This document shows positions 62,005-64,000 of a DNA stretch of 64,000 nucleotides, piece after piece (the stretch's first letter is position 1; every line of letters starts with the position of its first letter). The position numbers and the translations under genes were made by a program. The notes under the pieces are model-generated. The model worked only from the letters and a program-made list of their open reading frames with translations, did no database searches and had not been told where the DNA came from. Source of the DNA: Entomortierella parvispora E1425 (taxonomy: Eukaryota > Fungi > Mortierellomycota); assembly GCA_020891255.1 (NCBI GenBank), contig BQFW01000007.1:1-64000 (forward strand), in the 5' to 3' direction.

Positions 62005-64000
62005 ATGCCTCCTAAACAGGCTGCCCCTGCTCCCACCCCCCCCATGCGTTCAAGACCCACCCGAGCTTCTGCTCGGAATCAGTCCTCGGTCTCGGCCTCA
62101 GGCACCCCCTCGACCGCAAGCAGCTCCGCAGCCACCCCTGCACTCGATGATAGTCAAATGAACTCGTCCTACTCTTCGCCCAACTCGAGCTTCTCCATGA
62201 GTAAGTTTCACGTCAACGACCTCGATGGTATTGATAGCAACGACAGCAGCCTTGTTGATCAGTTGGATGAAGACGACGACGACGACGTCTCAAAAGTCAA
62301 CGCCCTCTCCGAGAGTGAGGATGATGACTTCATGCCCTCGAAGGTCCTTCGACCCAGCGCCGTCGCCTTAGGAAAACGGCGGATGGTGGAGGTTCAAACC
62401 CCTGTCAGTTCCTCTTCTGCCGTCAAGAGAGCTAGACCCAGTCGTCCTCCAGGAACCGTTACCGTTCCAGAGTCAGATCAAACGGAGGACGAGGGTGATC
62501 TGTCCATGCCTTCCGCTTCGGAAGCGTCCATCCCCCCTTCACCGACCCCATCGTCGTCAACGAGGGGCGGCCGAAATAGACCGACTCGTTCTGCCGTCAC
62601 CACTGCTGCCTCCAAGACTCGGCCTGCTAAAAGGGTGGCAATTGCTACCTCATCCAAGACTTCGACCTCTCGCGCCACCAACTCAAAAGCAGTCACCAAG
62701 CCTACCCGAGCTGCTTCCAGAAAGGCTGCTGCTGCTGTGGCTGCCCAAGTGGCCGATAGTGACGCTGTGAGTGACGATTCTGGAAGTGAGGCTTCTCTAC
62801 CGACCGATGATTCAGATGAGAACTCTGAAGAAGAGGACTCGGACGGTGATATGTCGAGTTCCTCATCTGAAGCCGTTGTCGTTACACCTGTCCGCCGCGC
62901 ACGCCGCCCGCGCGCACAACGTCCTCGACCAACAATGACATGGGTATGTGCACCGCTGGGAGTTTTTTTTTTTTGTGTTTTCTAATCATATCGCCATATT
63001 GTTCCAAAATACCGTTTACTAGATGGAAAAGGTCAACAAGCAGCTTTTGGAGTTCCATCCGGAGCTGGCAACAGTGTGGGATGATCTTGACAAAATCTCT
63101 ATGGTGGTGCCCGAGTTGGCAGATCAGCCTAAAGGTTTGAGTCTATCTCTTTTACCCTTTCAACGTGAAGGGTTGGGTTGGATGCGAAAGCAAGAGAACA
63201 CTGAGGTAAGTCCTCGAAGAAACTGTTAGATCTATAGCACTGTCTATTTTGTTGTAAAGTGTATTATTTATCGTTTTCATTGACATGCTCTAACGCGCTC
63301 CATCATTTCGTCCGAACAGTTCAAGGGTGGCATTCTTGCTGTAGGTGAACGGATCACATCTATTCCATCTGATGTACTGTGTTTGCCCTGCAGATTATTA
63401 ATCCGTTCTTTTTTTTATATTTTTTTATTATCTCTCTTTCTCTTCTGAAATAGGACGAGATGGGAATGGGAAAGACTATCCAAATGATCTCTCTACTGCT
63501 TTCAGAACCTGGAAAGCCAAACTTGATTGTGGCTCCAACTGTGGCGATCGTGCAGTGGAGGAATGAAATTCAGGAACATGCTCCTTCACTCAAAGTGTTG
63601 ATCTACCACGGGCCTAATCGCACAGAAAGTATGAGTGAGCTCATGAGCCATGACGTCGTTTTGACTACCTGTAAGTGTTATCTTTTTGTGGTTTGCGACA
63701 GTATTCTATGATAAAATCATCCTCTAACCTCTCTTTATTAGATTCAATTATCGAGTCTGGATACAGAAAGCAAAAATACGGCTTTAAAAGACAGGGCAAT
63801 ACTGTTAAGGAAGATTCCTTGTTACATCGTATCAAGTGGCATCGAATTGTCCTGGATGAGGCACACAATATCAAAGAGCGTTCCTGTAATACTGCCAAAT
63901 CAGCTGTAAGTTTCTTATACACCTATCGTACGTCATGTAGTAGCGCGTCAATTGCTAGCCTGAACTAACCATCATTTATCGCAGTTCGAGCTTGTCTCTG
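62005..64000 (+). CDS. RAD16: Rad16-like SNF2 helicase (nucleotide excision repair); runs off the window
   Basis: LLPFQREGLGW; GGILADEMGMGKTIQ; LIVAPTVAIVQW; GYRKQKYGFKR; WHRIVLDEAHNIKERSCNTA, split by short GT-AG introns. Confidence 0.92.

Noticed and set aside
34894-64000. tRNA, rRNA or snoRNA genes
   Set aside because: No cloverleaf, rRNA-like or box-motif sequence could be supported by eye; needs tRNAscan-SE and Infernal

Overview
Eukaryotic, intron-containing fungal DNA, probably an early-diverging fungus of the Mortierellaceae type (inference from gene style only). It has two very different halves. Bases 1-34,893 are a nest of LTR retrotransposons inserted into each other. Family A is a compact 5.07-kb Ty3/gypsy chromovirus with 111-bp LTRs, 5-bp TSDs and a tRNAi-Met PBS; seven copies or fragments and ten LTRs are present. 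Family B is a Ty3/gypsy element without a chromodomain, with ~1-kb LTRs and a tRNA-Ala-like PBS set 13 nt away from the LTR. Element X is a ~2.56-kb element with no recognisable ORF. It shares only cis signals with B (LTR tips, a central LTR core, PBS, pre-LTR motif) and sits inside B's own leader with a CCGG TSD. C is an integrase-chromodomain fragment of a third coding family. The nest includes a multi-kb inverted duplication centred near 9.4-10.1 kb. After decayed sequence at 35-38 kb (Tc1 transposase remnant, degenerate repeats) comes a gene-dense region: a PPR protein, SPC24, a secreted 2H phosphoesterase, a SIW14-family phosphatase, a low-complexity hypothetical protein, an NVJ2-like PH-SMP protein, SAC3, and RAD16, which runs off the window. 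Most frameshifts in the retroelements lie in homopolymer or CT runs and may be sequencing errors. Exon boundaries and alignments were read by eye; no database search was run.
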